DNA of 64,000 nucleotides from Podarcis vaucheri. Its lineage: Eukaryota. Within the stretch, counting starts at the first letter, position 1; each line of letters begins with the position of its first letter. Made by a program: the position numbers and the translations under genes. This document shows, piece by piece, positions 1 to 12,149 of the stretch. The stretch lies in NCBI GenBank assembly GCA_965113315.1, contig OZ220365.1. The stretch is one strand, 5' to 3'. The notes below the pieces were generated by a model. That model saw only the letters and a list, made by a program, of their open reading frames with translations. It was not told where the DNA came from and did not search any database.

Positions 1-1037
1 TATTTAGTGTGATTCTCAGAACACAGGGATGGGGGAATCGGAGACTCCTGCTCCCCCAACAGGTGGGGGATGATAACAGCTGTTCTCCAGCAATAGCTGG
101 AAGACCTCAGTTATATTCTGGACATGAACTTACAATTTTCTTTTTCTATTCAAGCTCCTTTGGATCAAAGCCACAGTGTGAAATGTTCAGCATCCGTAAA
201 CCAGATTACACCAGATCAAAGAACAGTAAAGCATTGTCAGAGGTTAGAGCTCCAACATGAGCAGTGGGGAGAGGGAGTCCTTCATGCCGGATCCTGAGTG
301 GATTCTCAACAAAAGCAAGTAGAATTCCCAGTTCTACAAATATTCTACTCAAACAGGAAGGCATATTTCAGAGCATTCTGAAAGAAAATGAAGTTTGTGG
401 TTATTCAAGTTGTGCGGGGGGGGGGGTTTGTGGCTGCAAAAAAATTAACAAATAAAAGTAAAAAATGACTCGGCTTTCCGTATCAAAAGTCAACCATTAT
501 AAAATGGGACCTTCTGAAAGCAAGATTCTGCACATCCGTTAGCTTTTGTAGATCATGCAGCTAGCTCATTGCTATACAGATTCTGGGGGGGGGGTGTTGT
601 CCCTGGCAATATGGTCGTCCTCCCGCTTGCATCTGGTATGGCATGATACAAGGTGACCAGATCTGCCATCGAGGGAGGATTTTTATTCCAAACTCACAAA
701 CTAAATATTTACTAGCTCACTTTGACCTAGAGATGGGAATAAATATTTTGAAGTAAGGATGTAACATATTTTCAGAAACAGCATTTCACTATTGCCAGGT
801 GTGATAATAAAAGTCAAATTTCCTTCTTTTTAATCAGGCTCAAGGGTACAGTCATAAAAATTTACTTGTAGAAGTGATATCATATTGCCCTGAACTTTTC
901 CTGAACATCTAGATGATGCTGTGAGGTGGCAGGGTGGGTAGGAGGAGCAGGACACATTGTGATAAAGGCCTGTCATGGTTTCACAATGGTATGAAACTTC
1001 ATTGACTGCAGTCCACTGAGTGCAAGGGTGAACAGAA

Positions 1038-1160
1038 TAAGGTTACCAGATTTTTTTCAATGAATCTAGGGACACTTTTCAACTTCAATGGATTTTGTAT
1101 GGGGACTGATTTGGAAATCTGGGGACTGTCCCCGGGAAACAGGGACGTCTGATAACCATA
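1038..1160. mobile_element. Non-autonomous hAT-type MITE (TAGGGTTACCAGA-like TIR)
   Basis: Ends taaggttaccaga ... tctgataaccata are imperfect inverted repeats; 8-bp TSD gaacagaa (1030-1037) / gaatagaa (1161-1168). Confidence 0.8.
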
Positions 1161-1335
1161 GAATAGAAAGCATATCACTGTCTACTACTAGATCTTTGAA
1201 TGAGATGCAGTAGCTCAGCAAGGGTTTCCACTTCCAGCTGGTTAGCGATAAAATACCTGTCCTGCTACTTTTGTTATTTGAAGGACTCAGCTACATTAGT
1301 CAAAATACAGCATTATAAATGCATTACAGCACTGT

Positions 1336-1352
1336 GACACCAGATGGCGCTG
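1336..1352 (+). promoter_or_regulatory. Candidate CTCF site
   Basis: gacaccagatggcgctg closely matches the CTCF core CCASYAGRKGGCRS. Confidence 0.5.
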
Positions 1353-1424
1353 TAGAGCTGAACCCGCAACTCAATGATAGTTTCAATTGTGAGCTTTACA
1401 ATGTTTTTTTGCAGAGCATTTTCA

Positions 1425-1633
1425 GACCAATTTTTAATAGCTGTGTAGATCTAGCCCAAGTAGCCCAAGTGTGCAGATTGTACCTAGACTCTAGAAACTG
1501 TGGTGGCCTTTCTTATTCTTGGTTCAGGACCAATTTTTAATAGCTGTGTGGATCTAGCCCAAGTAGCCCAAGTGTGCAGATTGTACCTAGACTCTGGAAA
1601 CTGTGGTGGCCTTTCTTATTCTTGGTTCAGGAC
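1425..1633. repeat. Direct tandem duplication, 103-bp unit x2
   Basis: 1425-1527 and 1528-1630 are identical except for 2 A/G substitutions; ttcag(g)ac microhomology at the junctions. Confidence 0.95.
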
Positions 1634-2858
1634 TTTGACTTTTTATTATTTTTGTGATTACTCTCATCAGTGGTTTCTTCACCAACTTGTATCATTTTCT
1701 TTGGCATAGCAAATATCTGGGATAAGCAGGATTGGTCTAATTGATTCCCCAAGTGAACTGTTGGAGTAAGAATTTTTTATTATGGAAGACATGCTCATCT
1801 TGATCCTATAAGGGCTGTCTGACAGTGTGTGGCTGTCATTATGCCTCTGTGTCACTCCATCTCTTCTGATAATGTCACTTTTGTATGAATAGTCATTTTA
1901 TGGGCAGGGAGAGGAGAAGGAGGTACTTTTGGCAACACCTAAGCTTGTTTTTGATTCACTCAGCCTAGCCTCAGTCAGCTTAGTTTGAGAACTTTTCCAA
2001 GTCTTACCCTTAGGCTGTGCTCATTGAAAGATTCCCTTTGATAACCAGAACTCAGATATAACTCTGTAAAACAAGAGAGCCATGCATTTAATGAAGATAC
2101 ACTGTTGAAACACAAAGGACGTGTTCAGCTGAGCAGATTCTCCACTTGGTGCCAGCTTAAGATTTACCTATTTCGGATATAAAATATGTTAAAATTATCT
2201 GAGCTCTTTATTATTTACACTGATGCTCCTTGTAGTGTGGTACCATTTGAAATTACTGCAGCTATTTTAACCATGCTGCTACAAACCTCCTCCTAAAGAG
2301 GGCTTCGGGTGGTATTGTGGCTGTAAACATTTAGGGTGCCATTAGATACAATATAAATATACTTTGGAATTACTTCTGTCCCTTCTGTTTTTATAGAATC
2401 TCTCTGTCATGTTTTCTGCTCCCAACATTGTTATGTGCCACACCCAATCTCTGAGCATTTTGAGATCTCGGGGGTTCCAGGCAGTTGCCCAAGGCCGCAC
2501 TTCCTTTTCAAAGTGAGGCACAGCTGAGATTGTGGTATCTTTATGAGATATTGTTTATTTACAACCTGAGCCTACAATGGAGGGCTCACAGTATTAACAC
2601 TCCAAGAGGGTCTTGCCTCTTCCTTAGGTGCAGCCTTGGACTGAAAAGAATATCAGCCATTGTGATGCTTTCTGTTTGTTGCAGAACTCCTTCCACCCAA
2701 CTTCTCTAACTTTTTGGCTTTATCTGTGGAGGGAAAGGGGGCCCACCCCTTTGCCATCTCACACAGAGTTCCCTTTGATAGTTTGTGTTGCTCCTAACAG
2801 CCCATCCCCAGGCTATCACTTCACACAGGAAACCAGCCTGGCTTAATTACCCCTTAAA

Positions 2859-3244
2859 GGTAAAAGGTAAAGGACCCCTGACAGTTAAGTCCAGTCGCAG
2901 ACGACTCTGGGGTTGTGGAGCTCATCTCGCTTTGCAGGCCGAGGGAGCTGGTGTTTGTCTGCAGACAGTTTTTCCAGGTCATGTGGCCAGCATGACTAAG
3001 CCGCTTCTGGTGTAATGGAACACTGAAACCAGAGCAGTGCACGAAAATGTCTTTTACCTTCCCGGCAGAGTGATACCTATTTATCTACTTGCACTTTTTT
3101 GGTGTGCTTTCGAACTGCTAGGTTGGCAGGAGTTGGGACCGAACAATGGAGCTCACCCCGTCGTGGGGATTTGAACCGCTGACCTTCTGATTGGCAAGCC
3201 CAAGAGGCTCAGTGGTTTAGACCACAGCGCCACCCGCGTCCCAC
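2859..3244 (-). mobile_element. Sauria SINE, full length
   Basis: Minus strand has a tRNA-like head (gggacgcgggtggcgctgtggtctaaacc...ggttcaaatcccc) and an (ACCTTT)n tail; 15-bp TSD taattaccccttaaa at 2844-2858 and 3245-3259. Confidence 0.93.
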
Positions 3245-4136
3245 TAATTACCCCTTAAAACATACTAATTCCAGATGATTTAGAAGTGTAACATGCAGCT
3301 TAATACACACTGGTCTGCCCTAATACAGGAGTCTAATACACATGGGTCTGGCCACCAGTTTTAACAGTCCAAGCATATATTAGATCCCTAGAATTTAGGG
3401 TGTCTAGCACCCACAAACTGATCACACTATTACATCGGCACTGTGCCAATTTATTTTTAATCTACACAGTATATCCCATCTAGATGCTTGCATTGTTGAA
3501 GTCCTCTTTCTTTTAAACTGTAATATGGGAGAGTGGATATGAGCATGGGGGGGGGAGGCTTGTCTTTAAAATATAGCAACTTGATTGTGTGCTATTGTTG
3601 CTTGCCAGCAATGAACTAAATAGGTTAATGGATCACAGATCTGGCAAACAGCCATGCTGCCTCTCATTGAATAGCATTTGGGCTGACTTTTTATGGTTGC
3701 TTGGTTGTTAGTAAATACAAGTTGTAATATTTTACATAACACTTTAAAAGAAACCACTCAGCTCTCTTTTGTCATTCAGAGTGAATTTCATTTGATGGTG
3801 ATAAATAAGGAATAGATAATAGGGTCTTGAATCTAATTTCTCGAGCATTTTGCAGTGGTCTTTGTCCTTGTGCAAAGTGGCTGTAAAATGTTCCCATGTA
3901 TCCTTTGGTAGTGTGTGACAGTGATGTAAAGCCTTCTTCTGTGGTGGTTTTGTCTCTAATAAATCTGTCCACCCTATCCCTAAGAACCTCTCACGGGCAG
4001 AGGGCAGCAGTTCAAGAGGCAGAGCCTGGTGTGATAAGGATCAAAGGTTAAGATAGGAGACTTGGCAGAACCTGACTGATCAGAACATGAAACTTGGTCA
4101 GGAGGCAGAATGCACCAAAAACCTATTCATCCAAGG

Positions 4137-4255
4137 GAGCTGTGGGGAACCTTTGGGCCTCCAGACATTGCTGAACTACAACTTACACCCTCCCTGGCCC
4201 TTGACCATGCTTGGTACCTCAGCAACACCTAGAGGGCCAAAGGTTTCCAACCCAG
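4137..4255. mobile_element. Degenerate hAT MITE (ccagatgtt..actacaactccc core family)
   Basis: gggaacctttgggcctccagacattgctgaactacaact ... gagggccaaaggtttcc forms an imperfect inverted structure resembling 4681-4807. Confidence 0.6.
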
Positions 4256-4680
4256 ACTCGTTTGGAAACAATCACAAATGGCTCCTTTGGAAGCAGTAAC
4301 CACAACTTTGTCAAGAAACAGAAGGAGGAAGCAGCACTTTTCATTACGGCTGAACACATTTGTGAACAATTGCCTTCTTCAGCTTAGCTCTACTTTAAAC
4401 AGTTCAGCAAACTTTATGAATGCATATCTACACTTTTTTCTAATGTCTGAGTGCTTTCCCCCCCTACCTAGTCCAAACACAATCTAGATATATTGTATAT
4501 TTTTTGCCCCAAAAGGCATTTATTGAGAAACTGGTTTCAAAAAATGAAAGCTCATTGCAGATTAATTCTGCATTGTCCCACAATATGTCCATTTTCAAAC
4601 AAATGAAAAAAATATAGGTGGCCCTGGCAATGGATGTATGTATCCCCACCAGCCCAATGACATTGTGGGTGGGTGTATAC

Positions 4681-4807
4681 CAGGCATAGGCCCTCCAGAT
4701 GTTTTGGGACTACAACTCCCATTATCCCTGACCACTAGTCCTGTTAACTACGGGTGGTGGGAGTTGTAGTCCCAAAACATCTGGAGGGCCGAGTTTGCCT
4801 ATGCCTG
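4681..4807. mobile_element. Palindromic hAT (Buster/Charlie-like) MITE
   Basis: TIR caggcatagg / cctatgcctg, internal palindrome, perfect 8-bp TSD gtgtatac (4673-4680, 4808-4815). Confidence 0.92.
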
Positions 4808-5130
4808 GTGTATACCAAGACCACCATCACCATTTCCTCCTTCATTCACCTGGAACATGTGCAGGGAGGAAAAGTGTGGATAACTTGGGGGGGGGGTCAA
4901 ATATGTATCAAGTAACCACACCCACCTTTGTGGATGGCAAGGACTGGAATCCTTCTAGATTGGAAGCATCATGTTGAGCTTGAGCATGAATGATTGAGGA
5001 AAAACTACATTTTTGTACTACAATTGGGTTAAATGTAGTTAAATACTACAATTGGGTACAAATGTGTTCACAACCTAGTTATATGATGTCAGTAATTCTT
5101 ATCACAGCCCACCAAGGTATTTCAGTTTTA

Positions 5131-5345
5131 CAGTGGTACCTTGGTTTATGAACTTAATCCATTCCAGAAGTCCGTTCTTAAACCAAAACTGTTCTTAAAC
5201 CGAGGCACGCTTTCCCTAATGAGGCCTCCCGCCACCCGTGCCCTTCCACCGTTCAGCTTCCATTCTTAGACCGATTTCTGGTTTTGCGGGGTTTGTAAAC
5301 CGAATAGTTCGTAAACAGGGCTGTTCCTAAACCGAGGTACCAATG
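5131..5345. mobile_element. Tc1/mariner (Tigger/pogo-like) MITE
   Basis: TA-cagtggtaccttggttta ... taaaccgaggtaccaatg-TA; TIRs plus TA target duplication. Confidence 0.88.
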
Positions 5346-5672
5346 TATTATCTCCATACTGAAAGAGGAGAAACTGAAACAGACTGATAATTGCTTCTCT
5401 AAGACCACCTTGTCTTAGTGAGTTCTTAGCAGAGATAAAATTTGATATGGGAACCGTATCATTCACAGGTTACAGCAAATATTGTTCTTTACTGCATTTA
5501 TATCTCACCATTTTCTCCAAGGAGTTTGAGGTGGCATACAAGGTTCTTATTTTATCCCCAGAAAACTCTGTGAGGTAGGTTAAATTGAGAGGATGTCACA
5601 GGCCCACTGGGTTTCATGGCTGAGTGAGGATTTGAACCCTAGGGTTCCAAATCCTAGTCTGACACTCTAAGG

Positions 5673-5807
5673 CAGTGACTCTCAACCTGTGGGTCCCCAG
5701 ATGTCGTTGGACTACAACTCCCATCATCCCTGAGCTCTGGCCTTGCTAGCTAGTGGTGATGGGAGTTGTAGTTCAACAACTGGGGACCCACAGGTTGAAA
5801 AAGTCTG
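5673..5807. mobile_element. Palindromic hAT MITE nested in the SINE
   Basis: cagtgactctcaacctgtgggtcccc ... ggggacccacaggttgaaaaagtctg; 8-bp TSD ctctaagg (5665-5672, 5808-5815). Confidence 0.88.
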
Positions 5808-5811
5808 CTCT

Positions 5812-5975
5812 AAGGGTTGTCAACCTAGTCCCTACGGCCCATTTAGGAATTCTAGGTGGGCGGTAGAGGGTTCTATGAATCCTCCTTCCATCGAGCACTG
5901 GTGGGCAGTAAGGAAATTTTACCATCAGAATGATGTATTAGTGGGCGGTAGGTATAAAAAGATTTACTACCCCTG
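5812..5975. mobile_element. Second hAT MITE (CAGGGGTAGTCAACCT-like TIR)
   Basis: agggttgtcaacct ... gatttactacccctg; internal gggcggtag repeats. Confidence 0.7.
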
Positions 5976-6376
5976 CTCTATATACTACACCACGTTGACT
6001 CTCAGAATCCTAAATATGTCTACTTGGAAGTAATTGCTATTGAGTTCAATGGGGCTTACCCCAGGGAAGTGGGGTCAGGATTGCAGCCTCTCCAGAGAAG
6101 TTTGCCTGGTGCCATCTTTGTGGTATTTTTGGGAGATGCTGATGATCCTTCTGTTCAACCAAGCCTTTTAAATAATTGGAGTCATCTGAGCTTCTCAGTT
6201 TTTAAATAAGGTACTAGTTTGGGGACTATATTATCATCTTTGTTGTACTTATGGTGTTTTTGATTTTACAGTTTCATGTCTCATTTGCATTCAGATTGTT
6301 TACTTGATTATTATTGTAAGCCACCGAGAGAACTTCGTGTTTGGGGTGACATACAAATGCCATAAATACATAAATA

Positions 6377-6635
6377 TCGTATTTTTTGCTCTATAAGACT
6401 CACTTTTTCCCTCCTAAAAAGTAAGGGGAAATGTGTGTGTGTCTTATGGAGTGAATGCAGGTTGCGCAGCTATCCCAGAAGCCAGAACAGCAAGAGGGAT
6501 TGCTGCTTTCACTACACAGTGATCCCTTTTGTTGTTCTGTCTTCTGAGATTCAGAATATTTTTTTTCTTGTTTTCCTCCTCCAAAAGCTAGGTGCGCCTT
6601 GTGGTCTGGTGCGTCTTATAGAGCGAAAAATACGG
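6377..6635. mobile_element. Mariner-like MITE, short form
   Basis: TA-tcgtattttttgctctataagac ... gtcttatagagcgaaaaatacgg-TA; same termini as 54895-55688. Confidence 0.9.
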
Positions 6636-8516
6636 TAAGTTCATGACATTGTGTGTATAACATCTATAGCTCATTGCCTATGGGCAGTGTAAGGTTCAAA
6701 CAATTGCTGTCATGATTTCTCTGGTGCCAAGTGCTTGACAGACCCAGGTCACACCCATATACTAGCAGCTCTCCTGGTTGCTTATTGGATACTTAAATCT
6801 ATTTCTTGTCCAATTTTGCTCCTTTGGTGTTAATTATGAAGTTGGTTATTGCTTTAACTTGGAATAGGTCCCCTACTCCCTGCTGTGGAAGATGGTTAAA
6901 AAATGCTGAGGGTATGAACCGGGCAGTCAAATGACTATTAATAGAAGCTACTTGGCTCAAAGGAGGAGAATGTGAAGCTTTATAGACGAAAAGACAACTA
7001 GAGAGAAGCAGAGGCTGAAAGGGAAAAGAGGGAAAGGAGCAGCAAGAGGTTGGGGAATGAAAACAATGCATAACTGGCCTTGGCCAACAGAAAAGCTTGC
7101 AGAAATAAAACAGAGGAAGGAAATACTTCATCCCATTCCTGTTCACTGGACAATGATTTCCTGTGTTCACTTCTGACACACCTAATCATAAAAGCACACT
7201 GTCCTTACGTTCTGGTAATGCAGCTCTGCCCTCTGTCTTCTGAAAGTCAAGATCTGTTGAACTACTGAAACAGACTTTATTCACTGAATTATTCAGTAGA
7301 ATATTCCAAACACAATCCCAAATCCAGTACTAAGCCCCATTTTCACAAGTTCATAGGTGGTGGTTGTATCCAATTAGCTGCAGGTTTTGGCTCCTGACAA
7401 ACTTTCCAGCACAGAGAAAGGGCAATAACCTGCACTAATTGGATACAATGCAGATGATTAAAGGTCCCCCCTCCCCCCCCCAGCTGCATAAAGCCGCTAA
7501 ACAATTCCTGTATTTGGCTTGTACCGTGCTATTTTCATTTGCGGAAATTGACTCAATGGCTCTTCTCTGGTGTCAAGTGCTCTGATTCAACATCCCTGCC
7601 TGTCCTTCCCTGCATTTCCAAATAATGGAGTATTAGCAATATTAGTAGGAATGGCACAGGGTAACCTGGGGATTCTTGGAACTTGACTTCACAATGTCCT
7701 TTATTCGTCTCTGTCTGTATCTAGATGCCTGCTTTTCTACATCTGGTTTATTGCTGCAATGTTAGGTGCCCCCCAATACTATTACTACTACTCCTAATAA
7801 TAATGCATCGAGCATAGGGGAGGGGCAAGTTAGCAACCATTCGTGTTTTGGATTATGCGACTCAAAATAATTGTGCTAGACTGCAATCTGGCATTTAGGC
7901 TAACCATCATGGGGACAGTGATTGTCCATCTATGGTTTGTGGGTGCCGGATATTATTGAAGTAAAAAGCAATTTCTGCGATCACAATGGCAAGGCTGTTG
8001 CAATTGTTCATTATGACAATGTACATATGACATATATTCCAAATTGGGACTGTTCACATATATTGCAAACGCGCTGAAGAACCACCTTAGGTGGTCATAG
8101 CATACAACCAGAAGCAACGAAATGTGTAGCATAAAGCCCAGGTGCTCTTGCAATCCAGCTTCCTTTACAACTGTTAGCATACATATTCAACAAACCCTGA
8201 AAGTTCTGCTCTCTGAGGCGGCAGCTTCCATGCTGCTGCCTCTGTAATGAAATCGAGTTCTTCAAAATACAGGCCTCAAACTGTTCCTCTCCAGCTCACC
8301 TTGCACACACTTAATGAGGCAAGTACAGGTTTAACTTAAGCTCTGTCCTGTAAGGATGGGGATGGGGATTCCATTCTGTTTGCATTTCAAAGCAAACTTA
8401 CCTAATTCGCACCCCTGAGACTGTACACAATCTAAAATGCTGCCATCCTTCAAAACCCATACATCTGAATTTTGTGCTTTATGTGCACAAAACTGCACTA
8501 GCAGAAAGTGCATGAT

Positions 8517-8700
8517 AATGAGAGCTGTTTGATAGTGGAATAGACTCCCATGAGAGGTGGTGGGCTCTCCTTCCTTGGAGGTTTATAAGCAGAGGTTGGG
8601 TGGCCATCTGTCATGGATGATCTGGTTGACATTCCTGCATTGCAGGGGATGACCCTCAGAGTCCCTTCCATCTCTCTGATTCAAAGATCTATTATTCTAT
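8517..8700 (+). mobile_element. CR1 LINE 3' end fragment
   Basis: CR1-like 3' region (ctctccttccttggaggtt..aagcagagg..ggccatctgtc..cattgcagggg..gtcccttcca) ending in an attctat-type tail. Confidence 0.8.
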
Positions 8701-10144
8701 TAAATATGGCAAAACCAAATTTGACAGATTCATCTATCCCTACATCTTGGCAGGTAGAGGTAGTCCCTTTCCAAGTACCATTGCTCCCTGTCAATAAGTA
8801 GACTAAAGTAAAGTCTCATGGCAGCAGCATCCCTGAATATTGCGTAACAAATGTCAGAAAAATATTCTATATCTTGGTGATGGATTTTCCTTTGATCGAG
8901 GCTATGTGGGGGGGGACCTACTCTTCTCTTTTCTCATTGTGAGCATAGGTCTTACAGCTTTTATTTAACAACAGCAGCCACAACTAACCTGTCAAGACCC
9001 AATGAAGAAAGTAATGGAAAACCATATTAATAAACAGAAAATTGTAAGGAAGAAACAAAGTAGAAGCCTCAAAGAAAGCAACTCCTAACATTTTTTCCCT
9101 ACTGTTGCTAGTGAGCGTCTCTCTCTTTCTCTCTGAGATCTCTTCTTGCTTCAGTGGATATTGCTGACAACGCCTAACACCCACGGTGACTATGACTGCT
9201 GCTATTATTACTTTAACAATTATTTGGCACCAGCAGTGTCTGTGCCAGGCATTGCACAGAATGCAAAAATGGCAGAACTTTCCAAATTCATCATCTGTGC
9301 ACCTGTCCCAAATCAGAGTTGCTTATTTACTATGGAGGATGTCATACGTCATACCCCCCACTGAATGGAAATTTGAAACCTTTATTCACGTCTTCATTTC
9401 AATTCTAGCAAAGCCTAAAGATCATGCATACCTTCCTATAATGGCATAAATGCCATGCATGCAAGCAACTAAGAAGTTCTTTATAACTGAATATTTTATT
9501 GTTGTAGCCTTTTATGTCTGGTATCCATTTCTATTGTGATATATTACTATGGCAGATTACTTGTCAAACTGACAAGTTTACAGTTTTGTTATTTCCCAGA
9601 TCAATAAAGTTTTAAAATGATTTATTAGCTTACTGCCACGCTATGGTCAAGGGGAAAGCACAGTGCTGACCTTACCCACTTTCCTTTTCTGTAACATAAA
9701 ATTTTCTCTAATAAACTATGTGTTCCCAGTGACAAAGCTAATGTATTTTATTCACGATGTGACTTTATTTAATAAGGCAATGCAAATATTTACTAACAAT
9801 CGCATAGCAACAATACATTAGTTAATTGTGAGAACAGATCCCATCTGACTTACAAGCCGCCCCCCACAAATAGCACATTTTTGAAGATTGTGGCTGGTAT
9901 CCATAGTCTTGCTGTGCATTTTCTTATCTTCAAAATAAATACTGAAGACCAGTCTGGCATCACATTGACTGACTTCATTGGGAAGGAGAGTAGAATGAAG
10001 TCCCTTGATGGTTATGTAGCAGGAAACTCAGTAGTCATGTGCTTATTTGTTCATAGGCTCCATTCCAGAATATATGCTGTGATGCAGTAAAAAAAAATAT
10101 AGTGGTGTTGGGTGAGAAGTAAGAAGCAGGAATTGGATGATGTG

Positions 10145-10146
<2 letters not shown>

Positions 10147-10190
<44 letters not shown>
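10147..10190. repeat. (GA)22 microsatellite
   Basis: Perfect GA run. Confidence 0.98.
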
Positions 10191-10193
<3 letters not shown>

Positions 10194-10322
10194 CCATTGG
10201 CTGAGCTGTTCAGCATAGTGGGCTGAAGGTCCCAAGAAAATAAAAAGAATAAGCAAGGGACCTAGGCAACCAGGAGCTAGTGGAAGTCAGGACAGGCTTA
10301 AGAAACAAAAGGTGATCTAGAG

Positions 10323-10725
10323 CAGGGACAGGGGATATTCTTTCAGCCTAGGGGTGTTATTTTCCCCATGGGCAAACTTCTGGCAGCCAGATTCCAGTGT
10401 GGGCAGGTTGAGAAGTAAAAAGTGCGTGGAAGCAGAAACAAGTGGAGCTTACTTTTGTAAAGAGAAAGATACTAACCTTAGCATAGTAATCTCTGTTATT
10501 TGTCTGGGGGAAAACCTACTGTACTCACTCCCCACGTACATCTCTACATCCTCAATCCAGCACAGCTAGAGGCATTGTTGCAGTTCAAGGTCAGATTCCT
10601 GTCAGGAAAAAGCACTTGAGGACTAAGGCTGGTGTGGGATATAGCCTGGGGAGAGTCCCAGGGGCCAGGTGTGAAGGGCCGGGGCATTGCATTCAGCCCT
10701 TCAGCTTGAAGTTCTCCTTTCCAGA
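10323..10725. mobile_element. Old degenerate hAT (Charlie-like) non-autonomous element
   Basis: Start resembles CAGGG...GGGGAACCT and end resembles GAGGTTCCCC...CTG; a related 3' end lies at ~11750-11846. Confidence 0.4.
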
Positions 10726-11351
10726 TTTAGAAGAACAAAGAGCTAGGGGAAGAGGGCACCAGGAATGAGAAAGGGCAGGGAGGATAACTGCCAGGCACTG
10801 AAAAAAATTAAGAATGGCACATTGATCTGGAATAATTATCCACGTTTATGTGGTTGCTGCATAAAGCATGTGTGCACTGCACACATCTGATAAGTACCTT
10901 GTCTTTTAAAAGCTTGTGTTTGCCACTCTTTTCAGTCATTGCCACTCTTCATTGACATTAACTGCTTATCAGTTTCTTTTGGCGTATTTGGTCTACACTA
11001 AAACTTTGGTGTAGATGTGGTGTTGCCACATTCAAAAGTATAGCTGTGTTTACACTATGCACATCTGTGAGCTGGTTTACTAATCAGATGTGTCCATGGA
11101 GAGTTGTTTGATCCACCTGGTAGATTCGTGGATTGGTTTCACATCAGATGCATATTCCAAAGCACAACAGGCCTGTGTAATAAAATCTGCATTTGGGAGC
11201 CTTCACAATGTCAGAAGCAAATCACTGTGTGCAGCATAATTCCTTTCAAAGGATATGTATGATATTAGGAATCTATATTAAAATGATATATATTTAATTA
11301 AGTTATGGCTCTGTTGCATACAGATAGGATGGCTCAAACAGTGAAACACAA

Positions 11352-11470
11352 AAGCAGAGTTTGGATGGCCATTTGCCGTGGATGTTGAGATTCCTGCATT
11401 GCAGGGTCTTGCATGAAATGGCACTCAGGGTCCCTTCCAACTCTGCTGCTATTCTATGATTCGGCGATTT
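11352..11470 (+). mobile_element. CR1 3' end fragment
   Basis: aagcagag..ggatggccat..gagattcctgcattgcaggg..gggtcccttccaactct..attctatgatt. Confidence 0.8.
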
Positions 11471-12149
11471 GAGCAACCGTTTCCCCCATAAAAACTGTTT
11501 AAACCAAGGGTGGGAGGGCTGCACTCCCCATGCAGCCACTTGCCAGTGGTAGTTGGGGCAACAGATGTGGGGACTCTTATCTTTGTACAGGAGACGACAG
11601 TCAGGCATGATAAAGCCAGTCCCTTTCTATGCATACATCTCTCCATCCAGGCAAGCAAAAGGCGTTATTTGAATTCAAGGAGGATACATCCTAGCCAGGC
11701 AAAAGAACTGGAGAAGCGTGTGGAGGGGGGTCAGTGAGGGGAGCGACCTGGGGAGGAGGCATGGCCCAGGAGAGCCCCAGCAGCTGGACAGAGATGTCTA
11801 GAGAGCCATGTTTGCTACCCCTGGGCTTTGAGGTTCCCCACCTATGATGTAAACCAATGCAAGTCTTGCCACAGAGGAATGTGAAACAATTCTTTCTGAA
11901 GTCAGGTTAGCTCTCTCTCTATGAGTCTCATAGTGGGTGTCTTCCAACCAAAGGCTCTGTGTGCATGTTTCTTTTTTCCTGGTGCCACTTGAACGGACTG
12001 GTCCTTTTGCCATGTGAACTGCTAACAACCCCAGTCACTATCCGGCGTGCAAGCCTGATGGAATGGATTGTGCTGAGTCAGGATAGCCTAGCCTCGCACA
12101 ACTCTTCATTGCTATGCGGGGGGGGGGGGGCTCCAAAGCACAACTGGCT

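Larger units (their letters stand above)
5497..6002 (-). mobile_element. MIR/CORE-like tRNA-derived SINE interrupted by two hAT elements
   Basis: SINE body ending ...gatttgaaccc...ctagtctgacactctaa at 5670 resumes as actacaccac at ~5983 (minus strand gtggtgtagt..ttagagtgtcagactag, an A-box-like head). Confidence 0.7.

Noticed and set aside
417-595. Poly-G runs as G-quadruplex elements
   Set aside because: Isolated homopolymers scattered throughout the window with no specific context.
3150-3244. tRNA-like A/B boxes
   Set aside because: These are SINE heads, not tRNA genes; the same applies at ~22600-22680 and ~45030-45103.
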